This document shows, piece by piece, positions 45,901-53,606 of a stretch of 64,000 nucleotides of DNA. The notes beneath the pieces are model-generated. The model was not told the DNA's origin, did no database searches, and saw nothing but the letters and a program-made list of their open reading frames with translations. Location: the NCBI GenBank assembly GCA_016201865.1, contig JACQCA010000012.1, positions 4,447-68,446 of the forward strand. Direction: 5' to 3'. The stretch is from Nitrospirota bacterium. GTDB lineage: Bacteria; Nitrospirota; Nitrospiria; JACQBZ01. How positions within the stretch are numbered: the first letter of the stretch is position 1; each line of letters starts with the position of its first letter. Made by a program: the position numbers and the translations under genes.

Positions 45901-48233
45901 TGTTCAGCCACCGTGCTCCCGGCCAACGTCGGACAACTTCCAAGGTCCTTCCGTTGCTGCACCGTGGCGGGATTGATCGTTGGGGCCGCATTCCCCACGC
46001 TAAAGCTCGCGCCGCTCACATCCGTCCCAAATGAGGTCCAGGCGCTGTATCCATCCGCGTCACGCAAGGTGGAGTCCTTCGCGCGATACTGCCAGTGATA
46101 ACTGCCGTCGGCAAGCCCGCTCACACGGACCCGTCCAATGATTCCGTCCGTCACGGCGGTGCCGCGGCTTACGGTCGTCGCATTGCAGGCCCCTGTCCCC
46201 GTGCAGCTAAAGGTCGACGTCGTCGGCTGCACTTCGACCTCTAACGTGATCGTCTGGCTCGGAAGCGTGTTCGCATCCGACAGCGTCGCATTAAAACAGA
46301 TATTCCCCACACTGACGACGCCTCCGACGATAACCGTTGTCTCGCCCGGAACAGTACTCCCATTGCAGACCCCGTCGTCATCCACCCGTTGCTGCGCCAG
46401 AGTCGCCGTGGGCGTCTTATTCACGACATTAAAATCCGGATCATTCGGATCGAAATTCGTCGCAAACGAGGTCCAGCCGCTCTCGAGACCGGTCGGATCC
46501 ACCGCCCGCGCCTGCCAGTGATAACTCGTGCCGTAGGCCAAAGGCGCACCGCCGCGAAGATAGTGATCGGCGATCTGCGGCGCCGTGAGGGGAGCGCTAA
46601 AGATGGCGACCTCGTCAATGAAGCCGTTGAAAAAATCGCTGCATGTCGTGCTGGCGACACCACTGCATGCCGCTCCGATTTGGTTGTCTCTTGTAGAATT
46701 GTTGATGGTCCTTGCTGCGGAGTTCCTTAGCGTCCCGTCCACATAAATATAACCGTTTGTCCCATCCCATACACCTGCGATGTGATGCCATGCCCCGTCA
46801 GAAACAGACACGCCCGAATCTAATGTGCTCCCGCCAATTACGACCGCGGCATTACTCCATGTAAAAGGGCGTCCTGATTGTAGATAAAGTTGATATCCAC
46901 TCCCGCCGTCATAGGTTGAGAATACCACCTGAGTCGTTGCACTGGTTGTTTTGACCCACGCCTCTACTGTTTTAGTGGTGCCGGTATTTATGGCTGACGC
47001 ATTACCTACTATTACAAAATTACTGCCGCCGTTAAACGAAAGGGCTCGGTTAAATCTGCCCGCGGTGGTCCAGGCCGTGCCGCCGGTCAACGTCCCTGTA
47101 TCCGCCGGCACGTTTCCACTGTCGGCCGCCGTCAACCCCGTCCCTTCATCGAAATGCCATAGGGCCAGAAGGCTCGAATCCGCTACACCCGGCCCTAAGT
47201 TGCCGGGAATGGACAATGGATTTATAGGTCCTACTTGTATTACAGTACCTACCCCCACGCTTCCACTGTTGAGCGGGTCAATCGCCACCGTCGCAGTATT
47301 GGAAAACGCCGTCCCCACCGGCTGCACTTCAACCTCCACGCGAACGGTCGCACTATCAAGATCATCTGCCTTCGTCTCCAAGCAGATGGTCTGCTGAAGA
47401 ATATCGCCGCCCACTCTCACCGTCGTCTCGTCGCCGTTGCAGGCAACTCCATCCCAGACCCGCTGCTGCAATGCGCTGATGGTCGGCGGGAACTTTGTCG
47501 GGATAAAGTCCGTGTCGAACGGATCGAAATTCGTCCCGAAGGAGGTCCAGGCGCTGGCTGCTCCGATGCTATCCAGGCCGCGTGCCTGCCAGTGATACGC
47601 CGTGTTAAAGGTGAGGGCGCTGAACGTGATCCGCGCCACCGTCCCGCTGTTCACGGCGCCGCTCGTCACCACCTGCGGCGATGCCGCGCAGGTTCCCGTC
47701 CCCGTACAGCCGAAGGTCGTCGCCGTCGGCTGCACCTCCACCTGCAACTGGATCGTCTGGGGCGGATTCGTATTGGTATCGTTTACGGTCGCCTCAAGGC
47801 AGATCGTCGTTTGATCAATATTGCCGCCCACCCCCACCGTCGTCTCGATGCCGTCGCATGAGCCGTCGTAAATCCGTTGCTGAAGACCCGTGACCGACGG
47901 CGCCGCATTCACCACCGTAAAGTCCGTGTTCAGCGCCGTCAAATATTCCGTCCAACCGGTCTGCCCATCCGTCCGAGCCGTCGAGTCCAACGCACGGTAC
48001 TGCCAATGATAGCTCGTCCCGTACGACAACGACCCCGCCCGCACCCGCGCGATCTGCCCGGTGTTCACGGTGCCGCTCGTCACCACCTTCGCCGACGCCG
48101 TGCAGGTCCCCGTCGCCGGACAGCCGCAACTCCCCGATCGTCCCCGTGATCTCGGCCACCACGTTCCCGGCCGTCGTCGGACAACTTCCCAGGTCCTCCC
48201 GCTGCTCGACGAACGCCAGCGTCGGCGTCGCAT
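39924..48233 (-). CDS. giant repetitive surface/adhesin-like protein, distal 2769-aa portion (FN3-like repeats, LamG domains, 2 FN3, C-terminal domain)
   Basis: About 8 repeats carrying the ...LSYGTSYHW(Q/K/R)(Y/A)RA(V/L)D...W(T/V)(E/S)FG signature (FN3-like F-G strand pattern). LamG (Laminin_G_3-type) modules: LALWHFDEGTG...VEAWVKTT...IDEVAIFSAPLTAPQIADHY, MALWHMNNDW...VEAWVNLN...MDEVAIFNIPLNPDQITDHY, LSFDGVDDYVEV...LEAWVNPTN...IDEVVIWNRALTLTEIQAH, VGVWHLDGG...VEGWIKTT...VDEVAIWNRALTSSEIWAH. FN3: LTVTNPP...KKYCYQVRAFV and TDLTIKQGEQ...TIYYFALKAADERG. The first 35 residues (MRRRRWRSSSSGRTW...) are an out-of-frame read of a duplicated repeat segment, so this is not a real N-terminus. Confidence 0.7.
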   Translation of the reverse strand: MRRRRWRSSSSGRTWEVVRRRPGTWWPRSRGRSGSCGCPATGTCTASAKVVTSGTVNTGQIARVRAGSLSYGTSYHWQYRALDSTARTDGQTGWTEYLTALNTDFTVVNAAPSVTGLQQRIYDGSCDGIETTVGVGGNIDQTTICLEATVNDTNTNPPQTIQLQVEVQPTATTFGCTGTGTCAASPQVVTSGAVNSGTVARITFSALTFNTAYHWQARGLDSIGAASAWTSFGTNFDPFDTDFIPTKFPPTISALQQRVWDGVACNGDETTVRVGGDILQQTICLETKADDLDSATVRVEVEVQPVGTAFSNTATVAIDPLNSGSVGVGTVIQVGPINPLSIPGNLGPGVADSSLLALWHFDEGTGLTAADSGNVPADTGTLTGGTAWTTAGRFNRALSFNGGSNFVIVGNASAINTGTTKTVEAWVKTTSATTQVVFSTYDGGSGYQLYLQSGRPFTWSNAAVVIGGSTLDSGVSVSDGAWHHIAGVWDGTNGYIYVDGTLRNSAARTINNSTRDNQIGAACSGVASTTCSDFFNGFIDEVAIFSAPLTAPQIADHYLRGGAPLAYGTSYHWQARAVDPTGLESGWTSFATNFDPNDPDFNVVNKTPTATLAQQRVDDDGVCNGSTVPGETTVIVGGVVSVGNICFNATLSDANTLPSQTITLEVEVQPTTSTFSCTGTGACNATTVSRGTAVTDGIIGRVRVSGLADGSYHWQYRAKDSTLRDADGYSAWTSFGTDVSGASFSVGNAAPTINPATVQQRKDLGSCPTLAGSTVAEQAGATPAGTIGELSICLNATLSDVNVGDTITLQVEVQPVTSTFGGAVATSGPVSDGGVATIEVGSLSYGTSYHWRYRAVDQLNAASVWTEFGTSGNTDFKVVNALPTIQAGTANQRVYNSIPSPCNGSGAVVPENTSIFQQNICFEASLRDTSTLPSQTITLEVEVKPVSQTFTGTASSTSGLVIDGGIARVSGPSGTPGRGLAPGDLGPGVLNSNLMALWHMNNDWLDSSLNIPVNNGTAVNGATFTIASRLGAAAGSFAAATLDHVVVPDSPTLDGMTNMSVEAWVNLNSLTPTPDPQTIVAKELNYVLAVRPDGLLAGYIGDGGVAFGLSAEVTGGTPLVPGNWYHVAMTYDGTNINLYLNAILDATGTFTGGVGDTVDTVDIGYRPDLPGWPFDGRMDEVAIFNIPLNPDQITDHYTRAFDTGSLSYGTSYHWKYRAVDSAGGASDWTEFGTVNNTDFTVTNATPTINAATVRQRVYDGSCDANEATVVEQVGAAAAGAILQQTICMNATLVDVNTLPPQELQLQVEVVPMSSTFIGNVTASSLAVKSGTVAKVEVGSLSYGTSYHWKYRAVDSAGGFTGWTEFGTSGNTDFMVVNATPVISLLQRFYDGSCDGNEAGVAVGGVISTSGICLEAAVSDTNTLPTNNIRLEIEVQPVGASFTGTATHYNPSSTTYGAPGVKAIAVNGLTLGGSYHWRARALDDTARSDGISGWVSFGSNSDGSPPTTPADADFTAPCRADGIIGGNGDNVYDATGSGLGGSQTLTVTPGATSSYALSVQNEQITATTFTLSWITPTNWTVSVTDGTTETSNGSYPTGSILPGASAMYTLKATPPLSGAVTEQIIVNIVPTTSACTSGVAASLWHFDEGSGVTTSDGTTNNNTGYLSATNLLLNPSFETPTSGAPTSWTVVIGTGTSSNVDATVQHGGLQSMKLVFNGTSAAFGRQQAVAVTANAQYVLRGWLRNSLTSTNKFLQCDVQGTGIDSSGIRLDVNADWTFATETVLIPVGTTSVNVRCFADGTPAGNGWVDELSFTRVSTMPTWTTGKSGFVNALSFDGVDDYVEVPNAAPLQLTGDLTLEAWVNPTNFAATRWILSKAQPSGNFDAEYRLSITSAGLLNFSHRKSATSQDTISNGASLTPGIWQYVAAVVSGGNVTFYVNEARNGTTQAIVGEPRVATTGSLKIGVSGVTGFMSPFLGSIDEVVIWNRALTLTEIQAHAAATSGLVVNAAMAANPDSVKAVAAIAPTASQIRAPNLTVTNPPDATLSQTQLNLTWVDNSGSANSPPDPETGFKVERLDITGTGVCPGTTTGFTQIKEVLSDTVQSASTGGLVYYPDTGLTPGKKYCYQVRAFVRPVWAASDGSQDINSAYSNQAQAPNPTSGSSDTKAPAAVTDLTIKQGEQRKDSITLTWTAPPDDFDAPGVGSAASYDVRYSMLPIVDGTPGANQVDWSNLACADSTKPVDCVVQATGEPAPQLAGSPETFTVTGLATNTIYYFALKAADERGFPTGQSLMSNVAYCAGTTTSCGDNTTDGSKAGRTALRTNFNLISVPLKPASPNPMVIFEDDISGAPQLFRWNSTGFNADNGSFINYNATYTGYGLSSDAVGVWHLDGGSPTPDSSGYANNGTLVGGPSYGAGKFTSALSLNGATQYVDMGNVLNFNAQSFTVEGWIKTTQGTQWRLVQKRGTGNAGTTAGWQISGASTLNNVVVDNGLSASIYSGVTTNTGANYGVPALSTKVINDGQWHHIAMTWNSTTGQLLVYVDGALEINQTNPSLIGANLTTIRNLTIGAAWDAVGTQSQFLAGTVDEVAIWNRALTSSEIWAHATATGPLTTTTLLIQPGEGYFLIGGPYNPVIDVPVGSRALQAGDVNYGTYCGVANSFAIHLSKGWNMIGNPFTTRKDLTNSKVRIFNNDASCVTYTAAYTNPYPNNWIQNAGAIYELKGANYIYLAPALPDVYSAPQAILEPWKGYFIQAGNGSGDTNTYELIIPGP

Positions 48234-48664
48234 TCACCACCGTAAAGTCCGTGTTCCCGGACGTTAAATACTCCGTCCAGCCGCTGGCTATTGCTTGGTC
48301 ATCCAACGCACGGTACTGCCAATGATAGCTCGTCCCGTACGACAACGACCCCGCCCGCACCCGCGCGATCTGCCCGGTGTTCACGGTGCCGCTCGTCACC
48401 ACCTTCGCCGACGCCGTGCAGGTCCCCGTCGCCGGACAGCCGCGCCGTGCAGGTCCCCGTCGCCGGACAGCCGAAGGTCGTCGCCGTCGGCTGCACCTCC
48501 ACCTGCAACTGGATTGTCTCGGCCACATGGACATCCGACAGCGTCGCATTAAAGCAGATGCTCAACTCCCCGATCGTCCCCGTGATCTCGGCCACCACGT
48601 TCCCGGCCGTCGTCGGACAACTTCCCAGGTCCTCCCGCTGCTCGACGAACGCCAGCGTCGGCGG
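47987..48664. repeat. perfect local tandem duplication inside the giant gene: 141-bp unit X (about 47987-48127 and 48303-48443) and 101-bp unit Y (about 48128-48228 and 48564-48664), plus a ~31-bp direct duplication (about 48413-48443 / 48444-48474)
   Basis: The identical peptide GCPATGTCTASAKVVTSGTVNTGQIARVRAGSLSYGTSYHWQYRALD is encoded twice (N-terminus of the 2769-aa ORF and inside the 244-aa ORF 47815..48549). TLAFVEQREDLGSCPTTAGNVVAEITGTIGEL is also encoded twice (244-aa ORF and the C-terminus of the 1519-aa ORF). Copy 1 joins X directly to Y, lacking the ~89-bp segment Z (about 48475-48563) present in copy 2. Copy 2 carries the extra ~31-bp duplicate. Both changes shift the frame; the 1519-aa ORF ends in the out-of-frame reading RLSGDGDLHGVGEGGDERHREHRADRAGAGGVVVVRDELSLAVPCVG. 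Unit boundaries +/-2 nt. Confidence 0.7.
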
Positions 48665-51600
48665 CGTATTCGTCACCTTAAAATCCGAATTCGCCTCGGG
48701 ATTCCCCCCAAAGGACGTCCAGGCGCTGACCACGTTGTTGTTGTCCACGCCGCGGTACTGCCAATGATAGTTGGTGCCGTACGTGCGCCCGGAAACAGCC
48801 ACCGTAATAACGACACCCTGGGTCGTAAAACCGGAACAATCCGGCGAACAGAACTGTGCGGTATTGCTGAAGGTCGTCAAGACCGGTTGCACCTCCACTT
48901 CCAGCCGGACAGAGTTTCCTTCGACATCGGCCACATTGGCCTCAAGACAGATGGAGGTCTCGTTAATCTCGCCCCCCACCGGCACCGTCGTTTCGCTGCC
49001 CAAACAGACTGAGTCGGCAAACACATCCACACGCTGCTGCACCGTCGAGGCGTTGATCGTCGGCGGGAAATTATTCATTCTAAAATCGGTATTGTTCGCC
49101 GCTCCAAACTCGGTCCAGACGGTGGCCGCTCCACGGTCGTCCACCCCACGGTACTTCCAGTGATAACTGGTCCCGGAGACCAGCCCGCCCACCGAAATAA
49201 TTTTAGTCCCGCCGGAGGCAAAGGAACCGAGAGGCGGTTCGGAATGCGTGGCTGTTCCAGAAAAAGTGCTGGTGGTCGGCTCCACCTCGACCTCGAGACG
49301 AACCGGATTTAGGTCCGGATCGGTTATATTCCCCTGAAGGCATATGGTGGTTGTAAGAACGTCAGTCCCCTCCGGAATGACGATCCCGCTCCCAACGGCA
49401 CAAGTTCCGTTGAAGAGGTTCCGCTGCAGCGGCGGCGACGTTGTCGTGTCGATGATCGGCGGGTGATTCGTCACGGTAAAATCGGTATTGTTCGCCGTCC
49501 CGAACTCGGTCCAGGCGCTGATTCCATCGGCACGCGTCGTATCATCCACCGCGCGATACTGCCAGTGATAGCTCGTACCGGACTGGAGCGGACCCACCGT
49601 CACCCGCGCCACAGGGGCAGACTCGGTCACGGCCGTGCTTGTCCAGTTCTGAGTACCCGAGAAGGTCGACGTGGTCGGCTGGACTTCCACCTGCAACGTG
49701 ATCGTCTGATTGCTCGTCAAACCGGATAGCGGCAACTTGTTATTGGGATCCGAAAGCGTCGCATTAAGACAGATGCTTGTCTGGTCAATTGCGCGGCCTT
49801 CCACCACGGTGACTTCCCCGGCCCCCAATCCGTCGCACGCTCCGTCATATACCCGCTGCTCGACGGCCGATGCCGTCGGCGGCAAGTTCACCACTTTGAA
49901 ATCCGTGTTCCCCGCCGTTCCAAACTCGGTCCAGCCGGTGGCCGCGTTCAGGTTATCCACCCCACGCGCCTGCCAGTGATAAGAACTGCCATAGGAACGT
50001 CCGCTGATCGTCACAATTTTTTGGCCCTGTGCCGATGTGCCGGCACAGGTGGAAGCGTCGTCGCAGAAAATATTTGTGGTGCCGTCAAAGGTAGACCCTG
50101 TCGGCTTCACCTCCACCTCAAGACGGATGGTCTGTACGGGATCGATATCGGTCACATTCACATCAAGGCAGATCGTCGTGGTTCCAACGCTGCCTTGCTC
50201 CGACACCGTGGTCTCATTGCCTTTGCAGCGTAAGCTGTTATCGAAAATCCGCTGCAGCATTGTGATCATCGTAGGAGGCAGGTTGACCGCGCTGAAATCA
50301 ATCCCAGACGGCTCGGGATTCGCCCCAAACAAGATCCAGCCGCTGGGCGCTCCCTGTTCATCCACCGCACGTGCCTGCCAGTGATATTTTGTGCCGTAAG
50401 AAACAGTAACCGGCAAATACTTGCCGGTCTGCAAGTCAAAGGAACCGGTCGTAGTAGCGGCATTGCCAAAGGTCGTCCCGATCGGCTGCACCTCCAACTC
50501 AAGACGGGTTTGCTGGGTTGAATCCGTATCGTTCACAGTCGCTTCAAGGCAGATGGTCTGCGCATTAATGCTGCCCCCCACAACCACCGTGCTCTCATTG
50601 CCTTTGCAGCGCAAGCTGTTATCGAAAATCCGCTGGTTCAGGCTGCCGGCGATGATTGTAGGCGGCACATTGACCGGTATAAAATCGACGTTCGAGGGAT
50701 AAACTGCGCCGTCATTATTCCCAAAGTCGCTCCAGCCGCTGTCTGCTCCAAAGCTGTCCACCCCACGCGCCTGCCAGTGATATTCCGTGCCGTAGGAAAG
50801 CCCTCTGATCGTCACAATTTTTTGGCCCCCTGTCGATGTGCCGGTACAGGTGGAAATGTCGTCGCAGAAAATATCGGTGACAGTGTCAAAGGGCTTGACC
50901 AACGGCTTTACTTCCACCTCCAACCGGACGGCATTACCGTCAGGATCGGTGACATCTGCGTCAAGGCAGATAACCCGCGTGTTAATGCTGCCCCCCACAA
51001 CCACCGTGGTCTCATTGCCTTTGCAGCGCAAGCTGGTATCGAAAATCCGCTGCAGCATGGCGCTGATCGCGGGCCGGGTATTACCCACGGTGAAATCGGA
51101 CGCCGCAGAAACGGTCGGAGGATTGCCGTCGCTGTTGTTCCCAAAGGAGAACCAAGATGTGGTCGTCCCCCCGGGGAAATCCACCACACGCGCGCGCCAG
51201 TGATAGCTTTTACCGTTGGCAAGCCCGGTCACCGTCACAATTTTTTGGCCCTGTGCCGATGTGCCGGCACAGGTGGAAAGGTCGTCGCAGAAAAGATTGG
51301 TGGCGCCGTCAAAGGACGTTCCCACCTCCTTTACTTCAACTTCGAGACGGACACTTTGGCCGGCGGCATCGGTCACATCCGCCTCAAGGCAGATGGTCTG
51401 TGTTCCAATGCTGCCCCCCACGGCCACCGTGGTCTCATTGCCTTTGCAGCGCAAGCTGGTATCGAAAATCCGCTGCAGCATGGCGCTGATCGTGGGAGAA
51501 GGAGAGCCTATACTAAAATCCGGATCAAACGGATCGGTATTCGTCCCAAACGAGGTCCAGGCGCTGACACCATCGGTGCGCCCCGTATCATCCACCCCAC

Positions 51601-52858
51601 GCGCCCGCCAGTGATAAGCCGTGCCGGAGGAAAGCCCGGTCACCGTCACAATTTTTTGGCCCTGCCCCGATGTGCCGGCACAGGTGGAAAGGTCGTCGCA
51701 GAAAAGATTGGTGGTGCCGTTGAAGGTCACGCCGACCGGCTTCACCTCCACCTCAAGACGGACACCGTTTCCGGCGGCATCCTGCACATCTGCATCAAGG
51801 CAGATGGCCTGTGTATTAATAGTGCTCCCCATGTCCACCGTTGTCTCATTGCCTTTGCAGCGTAAGCTGGTATCGAAAATCCGCTGCGTCATTGCGCCGA
51901 GGGTGGGCGGCGTATTCACCGTCTTGAAATCGGTATTCCCCGCCGTTCCAAACTCGGTCCAGCCGGTGGCCAAACCTACCATATCCACTCCACGCGCGCG
52001 CCAGTGATAAGAACTGCCGTAGGAAAGGCCGGTCACCATGGCAGGGAACGGAGTCTGGACACCCGTGGTGACGCAGTCATTTGAAGGTGAGCAGAAAATA
52101 TTGGTGGTGCCGTTAAAGGTCGCCCCTGCCGGTTTTACTTCGACCTCCAGCCGGACGGTATCGCCGGCAACATCCTCCACAGTCGAATCAACGCAGATGC
52201 TCCGCGTATTAATCGTGCCTTGCTCCGACACCGTGAACTCATTGCCCTTGCAGCGTGCGGTGGCATCGAAAATCCGCTGGTTCATTGCGCCGATGGTGGG
52301 CGGCGTATTCACGGCGGTGAAATCCGGATCCGAGGGCAATGGATTCCGATCGATATTCGTCCCAAACGAGGTCCAGGCACTGGCCGCTCCCGTGAAATCC
52401 ACCCCCCGCGCGCGCCAGTGATAAGAACTGCCGTAGGAAAGGCCGGTCACCGTGGCAACATAAGTAGTGTTCTGGATGCCGGTGGTGATACAATCAGATG
52501 AAGGTGAGCAGAAAATTTTGGTGGTGCCGTCAAAGGTTATGCCGACCGGTTTCACTTCGACCTCAAGCCGGACGGTATCGCCATCGCCGTCGGTAATATT
52601 GGCCTCAAGGCAAACGGTCTGTGTATTAATAGTGCTCCCCATGGCCACCGTTGTCTCATTGCCTTTGCAGCGTCCGGTGGTATCGAAAATCCGCTGCAGC
52701 ACACTGCCCGGGGTGATCGTAGGGGCAACGGCCGAGGAGGCGGTTCCGCTGAAGATGATTGGAAGAAGTTGGAGGGCAAAGAAGGCCGTCACCCCTACTG
52801 CTTTGAGGAGCAGAGGTCCTTTCAGAACAGTTCGCCCTCTGTCGGCTTGCAATCTCAT
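48299..52858 (-). CDS. giant repetitive surface/adhesin-like protein, proximal 1519-aa portion with signal peptide and about 11 FN3-like repeats
   Basis: N-terminus MRLQADRGRTVLKGPLLLKAVGVTAFFALQLLPIIFSGTASSA (signal peptide). Repeats each carry L(R/C)CKGNETTV....I.T..ICL(E/D)A.V.D..G..VRLEVEVKP.G..F.GTT..FC.......G.......V.GLS.G(S/T).YHW(R/Q)ARGVD. The last repeat is truncated by the frameshift. Confidence 0.7.
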   Translation of the reverse strand: MRLQADRGRTVLKGPLLLKAVGVTAFFALQLLPIIFSGTASSAVAPTITPGSVLQRIFDTTGRCKGNETTVAMGSTINTQTVCLEANITDGDGDTVRLEVEVKPVGITFDGTTKIFCSPSSDCITTGIQNTTYVATVTGLSYGSSYHWRARGVDFTGAASAWTSFGTNIDRNPLPSDPDFTAVNTPPTIGAMNQRIFDATARCKGNEFTVSEQGTINTRSICVDSTVEDVAGDTVRLEVEVKPAGATFNGTTNIFCSPSNDCVTTGVQTPFPAMVTGLSYGSSYHWRARGVDMVGLATGWTEFGTAGNTDFKTVNTPPTLGAMTQRIFDTSLRCKGNETTVDMGSTINTQAICLDADVQDAAGNGVRLEVEVKPVGVTFNGTTNLFCDDLSTCAGTSGQGQKIVTVTGLSSGTAYHWRARGVDDTGRTDGVSAWTSFGTNTDPFDPDFSIGSPSPTISAMLQRIFDTSLRCKGNETTVAVGGSIGTQTICLEADVTDAAGQSVRLEVEVKEVGTSFDGATNLFCDDLSTCAGTSAQGQKIVTVTGLANGKSYHWRARVVDFPGGTTTSWFSFGNNSDGNPPTVSAASDFTVGNTRPAISAMLQRIFDTSLRCKGNETTVVVGGSINTRVICLDADVTDPDGNAVRLEVEVKPLVKPFDTVTDIFCDDISTCTGTSTGGQKIVTIRGLSYGTEYHWQARGVDSFGADSGWSDFGNNDGAVYPSNVDFIPVNVPPTIIAGSLNQRIFDNSLRCKGNESTVVVGGSINAQTICLEATVNDTDSTQQTRLELEVQPIGTTFGNAATTTGSFDLQTGKYLPVTVSYGTKYHWQARAVDEQGAPSGWILFGANPEPSGIDFSAVNLPPTMITMLQRIFDNSLRCKGNETTVSEQGSVGTTTICLDVNVTDIDPVQTIRLEVEVKPTGSTFDGTTNIFCDDASTCAGTSAQGQKIVTISGRSYGSSYHWQARGVDNLNAATGWTEFGTAGNTDFKVVNLPPTASAVEQRVYDGACDGLGAGEVTVVEGRAIDQTSICLNATLSDPNNKLPLSGLTSNQTITLQVEVQPTTSTFSGTQNWTSTAVTESAPVARVTVGPLQSGTSYHWQYRAVDDTTRADGISAWTEFGTANNTDFTVTNHPPIIDTTTSPPLQRNLFNGTCAVGSGIVIPEGTDVLTTTICLQGNITDPDLNPVRLEVEVEPTTSTFSGTATHSEPPLGSFASGGTKIISVGGLVSGTSYHWKYRGVDDRGAATVWTEFGAANNTDFRMNNFPPTINASTVQQRVDVFADSVCLGSETTVPVGGEINETSICLEANVADVEGNSVRLEVEVQPVLTTFSNTAQFCSPDCSGFTTQGVVITVAVSGRTYGTNYHWQYRGVDNNNVVSAWTSFGGNPEANSDFKVTNTPPTLAFVEQREDLGSCPTTAGNVVAEITGTIGELSICFNATLSDVHVAETIQLQVEVQPTATTFGCPATGTCTARLSGDGDLHGVGEGGDERHREHRADRAGAGGVVVVRDELSLAVPCVG

Positions 52859-52865
52859 GGCTGTT

Positions 52866-53510
52866 CTATGACACCCTCAACACAAAATGCCGAATCTGCC
52901 CGTCAGCGGCGTAGGTAAGCGGGCCGCTCGCGCAGAGATCCGTTTGGGGCAGTTGTCCTTCTGTGTTCCAGAGCATAAACTGATGGGTGGCGCAGCTTAC
53001 CCCGCCGGCAGGCGGAACCCAGGAAACCGTGACGGTTCTCCCCGATGCCGCAACCACCTCGATCCGCCATTCCGCAGGCAGATTGAGCGATCGGAGATCC
53101 TGCCACAGTTGTTGGCTGTTCGTGTCGTAACCGGCATCGCCGGCATGAGCGAAATAGGCCTGAATCGGCGCATCGGTGTACAAGAGGGCTCGGACATCCC
53201 CTGCGTTGTCAAACCCGTCTGTTGCAGTTTCTCCTACTCCGGCCGACAGACGGTTATACGCCACGCCGCCGTCCGCCCCACTCTCCGGCACCGATATCTG
53301 AAGTGTCAACCGCCAGCCCGCGGGCTTGGAGCCAATTTGAGGCGCCGCTCCCCCATCGGGCGAAGAGGATGAACCCCGATCCTGGCATGCAAACAGCCCA
53401 AGCATCCCGAATACTAAAACGAGCCCATGAATCGCGCGCGTCATTTGGTTTATGCTTGACGGTTTGTGGTTGAGGGCTGCCGTAAGGGTATGCATCACAC
53501 CTCCAAACAT
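52866..53510 (-). CDS. small lipoprotein of unknown function (about 190-214 aa), 8 nt upstream of the giant gene
   Basis: Lipobox-containing signal MTRAIHGLVLVFGMLGLFACQDRG. The likely start is the second ATG (about 53495), preceded by GGAGG. No recognisable domain. Co-directional and nearly abutting the giant gene start. Confidence 0.45.
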   Translation of the reverse strand: MFGGVMHTLTAALNHKPSSINQMTRAIHGLVLVFGMLGLFACQDRGSSSSPDGGAAPQIGSKPAGWRLTLQISVPESGADGGVAYNRLSAGVGETATDGFDNAGDVRALLYTDAPIQAYFAHAGDAGYDTNSQQLWQDLRSLNLPAEWRIEVVAASGRTVTVSWVPPAGGVSCATHQFMLWNTEGQLPQTDLCASGPLTYAADGQIRHFVLRVS

Positions 53511-53565
53511 TCTAATTTAAGATTTTCCCCTATGTTACGGCAATAAAAGAGATTTTCCCTTTTTA

Positions 53566-53593
53566 ATCTTACCACTTTTAGACCTGCTGTCAA
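53566..53593 (-). promoter_or_regulatory. candidate sigma70-type promoter for the lipoprotein + giant-gene transcription unit
   Basis: On the minus strand: TTGACA, 16-nt spacer (gcaggtctaaaagtgg), TAAGAT. It sits in a 96-bp AT-rich gap after the NHL gene stop (53607). Coordinates +/-2. Confidence 0.35.
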
Positions 53594-53606
53594 CGACAAA
53601 CAGGCC

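Larger units (their letters stand above)
39924..52858 (-). other. one giant surface-protein gene (roughly 4300 aa if contiguous), currently split into three overlapping ORFs (48299..52858, 47815..48549, 39924..48233) by the frameshifts at 47.99-48.66 kb
   Basis: The same repeat family, codon usage and repeat phase run on both sides of the junction. The signal peptide exists only at the 52858 end. The 2769-aa ORF has no credible N-terminus of its own. Confidence 0.55.

Noticed and set aside
47815-48549. 244-aa ORF as an independent gene
   Set aside because: It is a frameshift fragment of the giant gene. It reads one duplicated unit in the true frame and the other out of frame, and it has no start context of its own.
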